The notes under the pieces are model-generated. The model saw nothing but the letters and a program-made list of their open reading frames with translations, was not told where the DNA came from and did no database searches. The position numbers and the translations under genes are program-made. This document shows positions 52,610 through 64,000 of a stretch of DNA of 64,000 bases, piece by piece. The first letter of the stretch is position 1. Each line of letters begins with the position of its first letter. The DNA is taken from NCBI GenBank assembly GCA_964016885.1, contig OZ024742.1, forward strand, positions 128,898,001-128,962,000, written 5' to 3'. This DNA comes from Eledone cirrhosa. Lineage: Eukaryota.

Positions 52610-55600
52610 TGACAATCAGGACGACCTTGATCTCATGGCAGTTCCAAGGCTAATTAAATGGGAGAAGTCCTGGGAAAACCTGACGATCCTGGACGGGGCA
52701 ATAGCGGCCATGCAAAGGAGGACGGTGTACTTTCGATGCATTTCAGTGCAAACACGAAAAGTGGAACTTGCCAGCCAAGCAGAGGTTGAGGCTGCTTTGG
52801 AGTGCATCGGATGTGACATAGAGTATAAAGCAAGGGCCAAACAGTTTGGTACCATCTCGGTACTGTTCAAAACCGAGGCCCTTGCTATTAAGCACTCGGT
52901 GACCCCCTGCAGAACGGAACGCATTACCATGCACCCATCCTACATGGGTAAAAGGACAGTAAAGGTCCGCATTCCCAGCATCCCACCAGAAATGAACATA
53001 TGGTGGCTGCTGGGATGCGTAATCGAGGAGGGGACAGACACTACCCTCCGGGATATCAAAAGGACAGAAAGAGAAGACTGGTCCGGAATGGATTTGGAGA
53101 TTCTTCTCCAAATGAAACCAGAGGACATGAACAACATACCGGATTTGCCCGCCTGCAGCACGGGACAGCAATCCAACTAATCACTGAGGGAAGAAGGCCA
53201 CACTGCTTCGTCTGCGGGGAAGCAATGCATCAGCAAGCCTTCTGCCCTCAGCGCAAAAATGCAGGGGGTCGCAAACCTCCTTTGTTGCCAACGCCAGTGT
53301 CAGCAAGGAAAGCTGCACCACCACCACCAAAAACAACACCAACAAAGACACGGACACCAACATCAAAACCAGCCGGACCACCACCAACACCGAAACCAAT
53401 CCAAGGGGAAAACGAGGGTAGCCCCCCCCCCCAATTATACACATAGACAAAACAATAAACGCACACACAGACACAGAGGCACTCACAGCCACAGACCCTT
53501 TGTCTTCCAGCAGTGAAGATGAAGGAAAACCCAAAAGTGCAAAAAAACAGAGAAAACTCACCAAAAAAAAACCCCAACAAAACAAAAACATACACAACAA
53601 AAAATACAGACACCACTAACGCAAACACTTCCCCAATAACATCAGCACCAAAAGCACCAACAGCAACATCGACACCACCTCCAGAATCCCCGAAACCCAA
53701 AACCTAAACAAGTACAAATAAGCACACAAATACCTGAAATTGCAGACACCACACCTACAACAAACACAGACATACCCGAAACAACACCACCAAAACCATC
53801 ACTACCACAGTCACCAAAACGAAAACAAATAAAACCACACCAATAAAATGTTAAAAACTTTGTGCTTGTCAGAAGGGCCAACGATAAACTGATGGCCCTC
53901 TTAGCACGAAGCGAGGACATTCAAACAGAGGGGGAGATTTTTGAAATGAGCACATTTTGCGTGCCAGACGATTTGCTTCTCGTCCAAATGTCACTCGATT
54001 CCTTCAAAGAAATTCGGGAGAGCTTTCCTCAAGACGTGGGAACCTCAAATGTGAAACCCACATCGAGAATTTTGAAGGGGTTCCCAAAAGAAACCCCACC
54101 AACCATGGAGGTCGAACCACCCGACCTTCACAAGTCCCCGGGAGGTAAGTAAACCTTCCCTCTCTCTTTTAGCTGGCCAACATGGCCATATTAAGAGTAG
54201 GAAGTTTAAATGTTCGCGGCCTGGGGTCACCCTGGAAGCAGGGTCGCCTGCTCAATGACCTCAGGTCGCTGGAAATGGATGTGATTGCCGTCAGCGAGAC
54301 CAGAATTTCCGACACGCGCACACTAGCTCCATTTTCAATGACTATCAGATCTTTGCATCTGTTAGCAGACCGGGAATGGGAGGTGGGGTGGCAGTGTTGT
54401 TTAGGAAAGGACTGGATCTCGAGGTAAGGTCGATCTTCTGGGAACCGGACGGTAAGTTGGTGGTCTTGGATATGAGCAGTAGCGAAGGTGGTGCCTTTAG
54501 ACTGCTGGCCGTCTATGCCTCCACAGGTGCCGGACGACCGGACTTCTTTAGGCGCCTGGAGACCTTTCTGGGTACGTCTCGCCCTTTACTGGGGGGGAGG
54601 ACTGGAATGGCATCTTAGACGCACGCTGGGATTGTGTGGGAGTAGCTGATAGGAGCGGGGGGTGCAAAAGCCTCAAGCACCTACTCAGCCAGTTCCAACT
54701 GTGTGACAGGTATCGACTAGATTTCCCCAATGTGCCAGTATGGACATGGACCAACCGAATGGGGTCATCTAGATCGTATATAGACAGGATCTTCATTAGG
54801 AAAATAGATAGAAATAGTGTAGGCTGCCCACTTTTTAAAACGGTCGCCTATTCAGATCACAAATTTGTGATCTGAATGGTTGACCTAGATAAAACGCGTA
54901 GGTTGGGACTGGGTTACTGGAAGCTGAACATGTCATTTCCGGCACGTAAGGCTTACAGGGACCAAGTCAACAATTTAGTTAAGCAAAAGTTGACAGGGGG
55001 GATCATTAACAACAGATGGTGGGGGGCTCTCAAAATAGAGATTAGAGTAACTTCAATAGAGATCAGCAAAGAAATAGTGTTATAGAAAAATAGAAAGGAG
55101 GGGGAGCTGGTAGATAAGTTAGGCGAGGCTATTTGTAGTGGCATTGCAATTGACGTGCTAGCAGGGAGAATGGCATTAGACCATTTCTTCAATGCGAAAC
55201 GAGGGAACCAAAGCTGTTCGATGGGCCCGCGTGGCGGAGGCGCAGCGTGGTAATAAAACCACAATTCGGTCTTTGGCAGACCGAGACGGACACGAGATAA
55301 GCGCTTCCAAGCGGATGTGTGAGGCCTTTCGCCAGCACTTTGCTTGGTTGTTCGGGGAAAGTGGCGAGTCAGAGAGAACAGCGGTTTTCAGTCCCTACCT
55401 TGACGGCTTGCCGCGCATCTCAACGGTCAACGCTGAGCGCTGTGAAAGGCCGATTACTTCAGCCGAAATTCAGGACGCCCTTGTCGGCTGCATGAGGCGT
55501 AAGTCACCCGGTTTGGATGGCCTGTCCTACGAGCTTTACGTAAATATGCAAGACTTGTTCTCCCATCTCCCAGTTCTGTGAGCAGGGGAGTGGTGACGCT

Positions 55601-57736
55601 GATAAGGAAAGACGAGAACAAGAGGGATACATTAGACAACTTCAGGCCCATAACTCTGCTCAACACAGGGTTTAAGATTTTGGCCAAGGTGTTAGCAAAG
55701 AGATTGGCGCTTGTTGTCGAGGATTTGGTTAGGGAGACGCAAACTTGCGCAATCCCAGCCAGGTCCATACACGACAATCTCCACCTCATGTGATACATCA
55801 TAGAGAGGGTAGGGTGTAAACCTGGCTTCGGTGTGGCACTGATCAATTTAGATCAATTGAAAGCATTATAGGGTCGACCATCGGTATCTGGAGTTTGTCC
55901 TCAAAGCAGCTGGCTTTGGCCCTGTCTTCAGAAGCTGGATCGCTGCAATGCACAGTGGCACACACTCGGTGGTCAAGGTTAATGGCCACCTCTCGGAACC
56001 ATTTCGGCTCTCCCGATTGGTCCATCAAGGGTGCCCTCTTTCTTCCCTTCTGTACGTATTGACTCTCGAGCCTTTACTGTGGAAGCTGGAGCTGTTGCAG
56101 GGCATCCCGCTTGAACTGGGACGTGGAAAGGCGGTGTCGGCTTATGCGGACGACATCACCGTGATGGTGTCGAACACCTCAGAAATCGAATATGAAAGGT
56201 TGACAGGAGCCAAACTTAACTCGGAAAAGTCGGTGGGCTTGCAGCTCGGAACCTGGAAAGGTAAGCCCATGCCATCCAACAGTGCCATGGGGCGCTGGAA
56301 GGACGGACTGGTAAAGTTGCCCGAGGTTTGTTTCGGACCAGACCTCCAGGTGGAAGGGAATTGGGATGAGGTAACGAGCAGAGTAGCCAGTCTCAACCAA
56401 AAATGGGCTGTGAGGAGGCTATCACTGAAAGGTCGCACGGAGGTGGCGAATGCGTACATCGCGTCCTTCATCTACTACCGCCTGACCATCGTGCCTTGCC
56501 CCCGTCCGCGCCTCGTCAAGTTGGAACGGCTCCTCTTCAAATTCTTGTGGAGGGGACAAGTTCCGTTGGTGAGGCGGTCCATCTGCTGCCAGCACCCTCT
56601 ACACGGAGGGCTGGGCATGCCGTGGATAATGATGCGCAGACATGCGTTGAGGCTGCGACATCTCCAGATATTCTGCCTAAATGGTGAACAGGTGTGGTCG
56701 CCGTTTATCAAACGGGCCTTTCTGCAGCTCGTTTCTTTGACTGAGCTGCAGTCCTGGGTCAAGAAGAGACCGAGACTGGGTGACTGGCACCTGGAATGTT
56801 GCCAGGCACTCACTGCCCTCTACCAAGCGGGCAATGCGATCAGTGGAACTTCTACTCTCGAGTTCTATAGAGGATTAGTGGTGGGCAAGTGCGATGATGC
56901 ACTCGGAGAAGCTTTGGGCCTCAACGAATTCGAAATGACCAGTCTGTATCGGAGGACTTTCGAGCCGGGGACGATGGACAATTTCCAGAAATCCCTCGCT
57001 TGGTAGTGCTACCAGGAGGCACTGCCGGTTCGGGATAAACTCTACAGGCACGGAAGTGCTGTCAGACAGACCTGCCCAAGATGCGCACAGAACGACGAAA
57101 CCATTCTGCACGCACTTGTCCAATGTCCGTGCATTACTGACTTGTGGAGTTATGTCGAACAGCTACTGTCGCGTGGGGAACGAATCCGACTATCGGCCGA
57201 GTCCAAAGTGAAGATCGACTCGCCGCCTTCCTTAGGTCAGGAAGAGCAGGAAATTTTCCTCTGTCTGGTGGCAGTTGTGAAAGAGATTATATGGTGGACC
57301 AGATTAAAAGGACTGAAGACAGACACTTTTCTCTTTGGCCAATCCTTCATCAACTTCTTCAAGTTTCACCTGGAAAGGAAGGTGAAGGTGGAGAGAGAAG
57401 TGCTGCCCCCCAGTACATTTGCCAAAAGGTGGATGAATGTGGCGAGAATGGCCCTTGTGAATGCGCCTATAGGCTAGCTAACTTGAGGAGAGGGGTGCTC
57501 TTCCTGGGTGCCCTAGAAGCGCAGGGTGGTTCAGGATTGGTGGGGTACCCGAGTCACCCCAGGGTCGTCCACCCCCTATCGGGGAATTTATTTTGTTATA
57601 TTTATGCACAGTTTATTTTATATTTTTTATATCTTCATTGTTAAATTAGTCTTGCCATTGTGCACTTTTACTCGACCTTATTGTAAACCCACTGTCCCTA
57701 CCCTTGTGGCTAATAAATGAAATCATTATTATTATT
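52610..57736 (+). mobile_element. Tx1/L1-clade LINE pseudogene: ORF1 with CCHC knuckle, ORF2 (ATG 54182) APE-RT-zinc finger, (ATT)n tail
   Basis: CFVCGEAMHQQAFC; SLNVRGL..AVSET, SYIDRIF, SDH; NFRPITLLN, QGCPLS, YADD; CPRC...ETILHALVQC. Multiple stops and frameshifts. Confidence 0.95.
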
Positions 57737-57905
57737 AGTATGCTTTCCAGCATAGTTACGTCCCTTTACGATCTGAGTTCAAATCCCGCCGAGGTTGACT
57801 TTGCCTTTGCCTTTCATCCTTACGGGGTCGATAAAATAAAGTACCAGTAATGCACTGGGTAATTGCTGGCCTTGTGCCTAAAGTAGAAACAATTATTATT
57901 ATTAG
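57737..57905 (+). mobile_element. Nin/Deu-domain SINE (5'-truncated) with (ATT)n tail
   Basis: gagttcaaatcccgccgaggttgactttgcctt..ggggtcgataaaataaagtaccag core. Confidence 0.85.
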
Positions 57906-57914
57906 TAGAAACAA

Positions 57915-60900
57915 TTATTATTATTATTATTATCATTTTTATTTTCTTTCATTATTGTTTCTGAGATATATGCTGAGTGTCTTCCTGACACCTAGGGCAA
58001 ATAAATTCACAGTGTGCATTGGTAAGTCAGTTAATACAGCACATTGATTATAATAAAAAAAAACAGTATACATATATACACATGTGCATATGCATATGAA
58101 ATACAAGGAGGGATATCAATCTTAGAGAGATAGTGCTCTTCTCAATACGTGTGCAGTACCAGTCAAACAATTTTTTGCACCTCGTGCAGAGAGGGTAAAC
58201 CATTCGCAAATATTGTTCTGTTCCTTTCTTGATCATTCCCAGTCCTCCCACAATCACTGGTATTGTAACGGCCTTGAGGCAACACATTTTCTCAATTGCA
58301 ATAAGCAGATCTTTATATTTTCGTAGCTTGTCAAATTCTTTTGCCGCGATATTGTGATCACATGGGATGCTCATATCTATCAACAAACAGACCTTGTTAT
58401 GTTGATCTTTTACAATGATGTCAGGTCTATTTGCTTTTATGGTCCTGTCAGTATGTACAGGAAAGTCCCAGAGAATTGTTACTTTTTCTCCTTCAGTTAC
58501 AGCCTCAGGGTGATGATTGTACCACTTGTCTTCAGCTTTGATTTTGTAATGCTGACATATTACCCAGTGTAGATATTGGCCAACTCTGTCATGTCTATAT
58601 TTGTATTCTACTGGTGCTAAAACTTTACATCCAGAGACTAAGTGATCCACTGTTTCAACCTCAGCACCGCAAAATCGGCACTTTGGGTTTATTCCATTTC
58701 TTATCACATTGGCCTGGTAATTACGAGTCAATAAGCTTTGATCTTGGGCAGTTAAGATGAAGCCTTCACTCTCCGCCTTTAGCCCTGAACTACGTAGCTA
58801 CTGATGGGTGTGCTTTTGGTCAACATCAGCTTGTTTGCTATGGGCCACATATTAGCCATGCAGAGGTTTCTGCTCCCAATTTGATGCTAATTGTCCTTGC
58901 CCTTTTGCTTTTGCCAGTGATTTTATGTGCCTAGCAGCATCAGTTACAACAGTTTCTTTAGTCTGTCCAGCCTGGGTATCAAGCATGAGATCAGTAGCAT
59001 ATTTTTTGCTCTCCTTCAAGATAGAATGACGCTTCTTTCTTCTTTCATGCTTTTCAACAAATTTCAGCATACAGTAGTTAGTTGTTTCAAGGTATTTGGC
59101 CAGTCCAATGATGGTGGTCTTGCAAGCCAGTTCAAATTGGATCAGGCCACGGCCTCCTTGAGTTCTAGGAAAGTAAAGACGATCCACATCTGCTTTTGGG
59201 TGGTGCATCCTATTACAGGTCAGTAGCTTATGGACTTTGGTGTTGATTCTTTTGATTTCACTCATATTCCAGTTCAACACACCGAAGCTATAAGTGACAA
59301 CTGGGACTGCCAAGGAATTTATGTCTAACACCTTGTTACGAGCATTTAGTTCTGATCTCAGAACTGCACGTACTCTCCTGCAACATTCTTTCCTTATCCT
59401 CTCTTTCATGCTTGCATGCTGTATGCCAGAGCCCTCATTAATCCCTAAGTATTTATAGGTTTGTTCCTGCTCAAGTTCCTGTATGATTGTTTCAGCATCC
59501 AATTCAACTGAGGCTGAGTTGACAATCTTCCCCTTCTTGAAAGTGGCTTTTGCACACTTGTCAAGTCCAAACTCCATCCTGATGTCATAGCTAAACGTTT
59601 TTACTGTCCGCAAAAGGCCTTCCAGTTCATCATTATCTTTGCAATATAGCTTCAAATCATCCATATAAAATAGGTGGCTTATTTTTTTGTTGTCAATTCT
59701 ATAACCATACCCTGTTCTATTAAGTTCGGATGTAAGGGGTATTAAAGCTATGCAGAAAAGCAAGGGTGAAAGTGAGTCACCCTGGAATATACCACAGTTG
59801 ATGTTTATATTCCTAGAGCACAGTACCCCAGTGGAATGAGCCAATTGGAGATAGGTGTTCCATAATGATATATTGTGTTTCAGGAAGTTTGAGATCACAC
59901 GTGAGATTTTGAAGATGTCCAGTGATTTCAGAATCCATGAGTGTGGTATGCTGTCAAAGGCTTTTTTATAATCGATCCATGCAGAACTGAGATTTCTGTG
60001 TTTATTATGACAGTTCTCAAGGATCATATGATTAATGAAAAGTTGATCTTTGCAACCATATGAACCTCGTCGACACCTTTTTTGTTCAATGGGGAAAAGA
60101 TTACTCTCCTCCAAAAACACGTATGCCTTTTTCATGAGAATAGAGGTTAATAGTTTATAAGTGGTGGACAAGCAGGTTATGGGCTGATAGTTTTTTTGAT
60201 CTTTGGTTTCGTTGTTCCTTGGTAGAAGGTAGGTAATGCCACTTGCTATCCAATCAGGTGTATTTTTTGGATCTTTCATAATTCCATTAAACAGCTTGAC
60301 CAATATATTGTGAGTGCACGGGAGTGAGGAAAGCCAGAAATTTGGCACCCTGTCTCTACCAGGAGATTTCCATTTATGAGATTTATTGAGTGCTGTTTCA
60401 CTATAGAAATGTCTTCCCACACCTGTTCTTGTAAATTAGTGTAGGATTTTTCCAGGTGACTAATCCAATCTACATTAGCATTATATGTCTTCTCATCACT
60501 CCAAATCTTACTCCAGAAGTTTTCAACTTCAATAATTATTTTTTTCTTCTCTACTTCTCTATAAAATGACTTGGCATTGGATGAGAACAACTTATTTTAC
60601 CTGTAGAAGTTGTTTCGCTTCTCGAATCTACAAATTCGTTGGGCTATTACTTGGACTTTTTGTTTCAGAGATTCTTTTGTTGAAACTATTGCTTCTCTAG
60701 AAGACAGTCCATATTTTCTCTTTAGCTTTCTTACCTTCTTGGATCTTATATCATTTCCAGTGGTTAACTCACTCAATAAAGATATTTCTCCTCTCATTAC
60801 ATCAATCTCCTTTTCGATTCTACTCCTCCAAATTGGTTTACCTCGAAGGTTCGACTTTTTTTGTTTTTTTGGTGGTAAACAACTTGTTTCAATTACGCTA

Positions 60901-61225
60901 GCAGATGCATAAATGATTTCATTTAACTCAGTAAGACCAGGTTCTAGTTCTTCTATGATTTCTTTTGTGACAGAATTACCAATCATTATTTGTTTTCTAT
61001 TTTGGATTGTATTTGGGAGTTTTGGAAGTGGTTCTCTATCATTTATACTAGAATGTCTTACTACTGCAAGCTCATTCAGTATTTTTTGCTTTAATTCCTT
61101 CATAGTCTCCCTGTGTTCTTCAGCAGATGTTTTTTTTTCAATTAATGTTTCTAAGTCCCTCTCCTGGCTATTTTCAGCGGGTTCAGTAGGGCTTCTCATT
61201 TCTACAAACCTATTTGTGATTTGGT
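57915..61225 (-). mobile_element. R4/Dong-like non-LTR retrotransposon (RT + CCHC + restriction-like endonuclease), pseudogenised, (TAA)n tail
   Basis: KSPGRD, NYQPITCL, DYKKAFDS, GIFQGDSLSPLLF, FYMDD, YKYLG, CRFC..ETVDHLVSGC, RHD and RPDII..LID..K..KY motifs. Confidence 0.95.
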
Positions 61226-61227
61226 CA

Positions 61228-61442
61228 GATTTTCAAAGAAATCTTTTTTTGTTTGATAATTATAAAAAGTTTAAATTTTGGGCTCAAGGCCCCAATCTTT
61301 TTGAGTGTCCTTTTCAGATAACAATGTATGTGCACTTATATACAGTTAACAATAACATTTTCCATAAATGGCAATTTTAAACAACTAAAAATAACAAACC
61401 TTTGCGGAGCTCACGATAATACGATTTACTACATAGGTCGCC

Positions 61443-61478
<36 letters not shown>

Positions 61479-61613
61479 TGTTTCTACTTTTGGCACAAGG
61501 CCATAAATTACCCAGTGCATTACTGGTACTTTATTTTATCGACCCCGTAAGGATAAAATAAAGTACCAGTAATGCACTGGGTAATTTATGGCCTTGTGCC
61601 AAAAGTAGAAACA

Positions 61614-61649
<36 letters not shown>

Positions 61650-61865
61650 GGCGACCTATGTAGTAAATCGTATTATCGTGAGCTCCGCAAAGGTTTGTTA
61701 TTTTTAGTTGTTTAAAATTGCCATTTATGGAAAATGTTATTGTTAACTGTATATAAGTGCACATACATTGTTATCTGAAAAGGACACTCAAAAAGATTGG
61801 GGCCTTGAGCCCAAAATTTAAACTTTTTATAATTATCAAACAAAAAAAGATTTCTTTGAAAAATC
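61228..61865. repeat. Near-perfect palindrome, ~313-bp arms, 11-nt loop (61541-61551)
   Basis: 61228-61540 is the reverse complement of 61552-61865. Contains a SINE 3' end, (ATT)n and the Tx1 5' UTR. Confidence 0.95.
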
Positions 61866-64000
61866 ATGGCCGACTCACAGCTGAACCGAGTAGCTGAGAG
61901 CCTTCCTCACAAACTAACACCGCACACTGACACCACCATTGTAAATATTACTACATTTGCCAACACTAAAAATATAAGCAGTAGCAATATTTTAAATTTG
62001 TCTCAGGCAGACATTCATTTCCCGCCATTACCAATGACTGCAGGTGTTAAAGCCGCCACCCCGACCACCACCACAGCGATAACAGAAACAAAAGAAAAAA
62101 ATAAATTAACTCGTGATATTGAAATGAATTCAACCAAAATGAACTCTTCCACACCGAACACCACTGACGCCACCACCACCACAACTGAAACTAAAATTAA
62201 TAATAACAAAAATAACGATCACAACAACAACAACAATGAAATTAAGAAAACCACCCTGAGTTTTGCCAGAGTAGCAAAACAGTGCGAAGCATTCCAGGTA
62301 ACTCAGGAGGAATTAGAAGAAGCCAAAAAAATGGTAAAGAAAGATGGGTACAGGGTCAGCCTCACCTCCCACCTAATAAAATGGAGCATCGGCGCCTATG
62401 CACCGTGTCTTATCGAACAATTAATATAAAATCGCGCCGAGTGGAACGGGCATCCGAGTCCCAAATCCAAAAAGCTTTGGGATATGTGTGGGCAAAAAAA
62501 CCCCACATCAGACGTGGGCAGAAGTATGGAACCGTGGACGTGTTCTTTGAAACACCACAGGAGGCTAGAGAACACTCCATGTCCCCATTAAGAAATGACG
62601 ACTTCACACTCGTCCCAAGCTATTGTGGCCAGAGACTTGTGAAGATCAGGGTCACCAACGTTCCACCGGCCATCGAAATTCCCTGGCTAATAGCTGCTGT
62701 CCTCGCCGGCATCGAAGCCAACACCAAGATAATCGAAATAGCGAAAGAAAAGCAGGAGAACTGGTCCGGATCTGGGATGGAGTTACTGATCCAATCGGAC
62801 CAAAAAAATCATTGAGGAGATCCCAGAGGTAATAGACCTCACTGACGGCAGCCACCTCACCGTAATTGTTGAGGGCAGAAGGCCTAGGTGTGTCGTTTGT
62901 TATGAAGGAACCCACCTAAGGGCTTTCTGCCCTCAGGCTAAAAGGTTGAGGCCACCTCTCCTACCCACCCCAGTGCCTCAACCATCAACACCACCAGCAG
63001 CAGAGATGGCAGCAACAACTGTAGCAGCAACAACAGAAGCAACTGTAACAGCAACAACCCCAGCAACAGTAGCAAAACCAACACCAGCACCACCCAACAC
63101 GCCAGAACTAGCACCAGCGCCTACACCATCCACCACACCACAACCAAAACTAACGCCTGTGGAGGATTTTCCACTCCCCGGCCTATCACAACTGGAGACA
63201 GATTGTGGCGCCAAGGAGTGGGAACCGGTATCAGGAAAAAAGAAAAAAAGAAACCAAAAAAGAAAAAAATTTTCTTCCTTCCCCCTCCAAAAACAAAATA
63301 CAGAGGGAAACAAATAAACTATCAAACAAAAAAGTTAGGACAGATATGCCACCATCCACACCAGCATCACCAATCCCATCACCCCAAATACCAACACCAT
63401 CACCATCATTAACCCCAACACCACCATCACCTACACCACAAAAGTCACCAAAAAGCGAAACTGAAACAAACCCACAACAAACACAAACAAAACAAAACAA
63501 CCAAAACGATACACACTACACAGCATTAAATTTGAACAACAACCAATTATTACACTACATCCAACACAACACCAGCATCACAGAAAAAGACTACACAACA
63601 ACCCAAAAGTTCACACCACCTCCACACATACAAATCACTCGCATCACACAGAAAACGTACATGACACTAAAACAAAAATTCCCCAAAGACATCGGAGACT
63701 TCCGACAAGCACTCTCCAGGAGGATTTATAAGGACATCCTTCCTGAGGAGGCCACAAGCAGTGAAAAGGATGGAGAAACCGTCTTTCCTCTACGAGAAGT
63801 AAGGTAAGTGGTCTTTCCCATCTTTTCCACTCCATTTCAACATGACCTCACTCAGAATAGGCAGCATAAATGCGCGTGGCTTGGGGTCATCATGGAAGCA
63901 GGGTCACCTGCTCAACGACCTCAGGTCACTAAACATAGATGTAGTGGCCATCAGCGAGACCAGAATCTCCGAAGCACGGGCCTTCGCACCGATCTTCGGC
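61650..64000 (+). mobile_element. Second Tx1/L1 LINE: 5' UTR, frameshifted ORF1 (ATG 61866) and start of ORF2 (ATG 63842), truncated by window end
   Basis: SFARV motif, EGRRPRCVVCYEGTHLRAFCP knuckle and MTSLRIGSINARGLGSSWKQG..VAISET. Homologous to the 52610 copy. Confidence 0.92.

Overview
AT-rich, microsatellite- and transposon-saturated animal genomic DNA; the repeat landscape suggests an octopus-like cephalopod (inference). One host gene runs across the whole window on the + strand. It has seven GT-AG exons (640-780, 12237-12441, 20183-20312, 35504-35698, 37794-38067, 50012-50085, 50897-51016) that splice in frame into 372 codons from ATG 663. The product is a multi-repeat EF-hand-like protein with a recurring F.D[YF]D....G.IT.SQF motif (EFCAB6/CFAP115-like, probably ciliary), and the gene continues beyond both ends of the window. 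The introns hold RTE, CR1, Tx1/L1 and R4/Dong-like LINE remnants, tRNA/Nin-domain SINEs, hAT and piggyBac MITEs, a DD37D (maT) mariner, Helitron pieces, three GIY-YIG Penelope-like remnants and several satellites. The most notable signal is a dense set of hammerhead ribozymes: about seven good type I motifs plus degenerate ones, including a U3-A8 core variant. One candidate at 20802-20863 has its three core strands in a non-circularly permuted order. Also notable are many fold-back palindromes at element ends, a ~1.05 kb inverted duplication bracketing exons 4-5, and a recurring head-to-head Dong/Tx1 arrangement at (ATT)n tracts. All calls were made by eye; no searches or folding programs were run.
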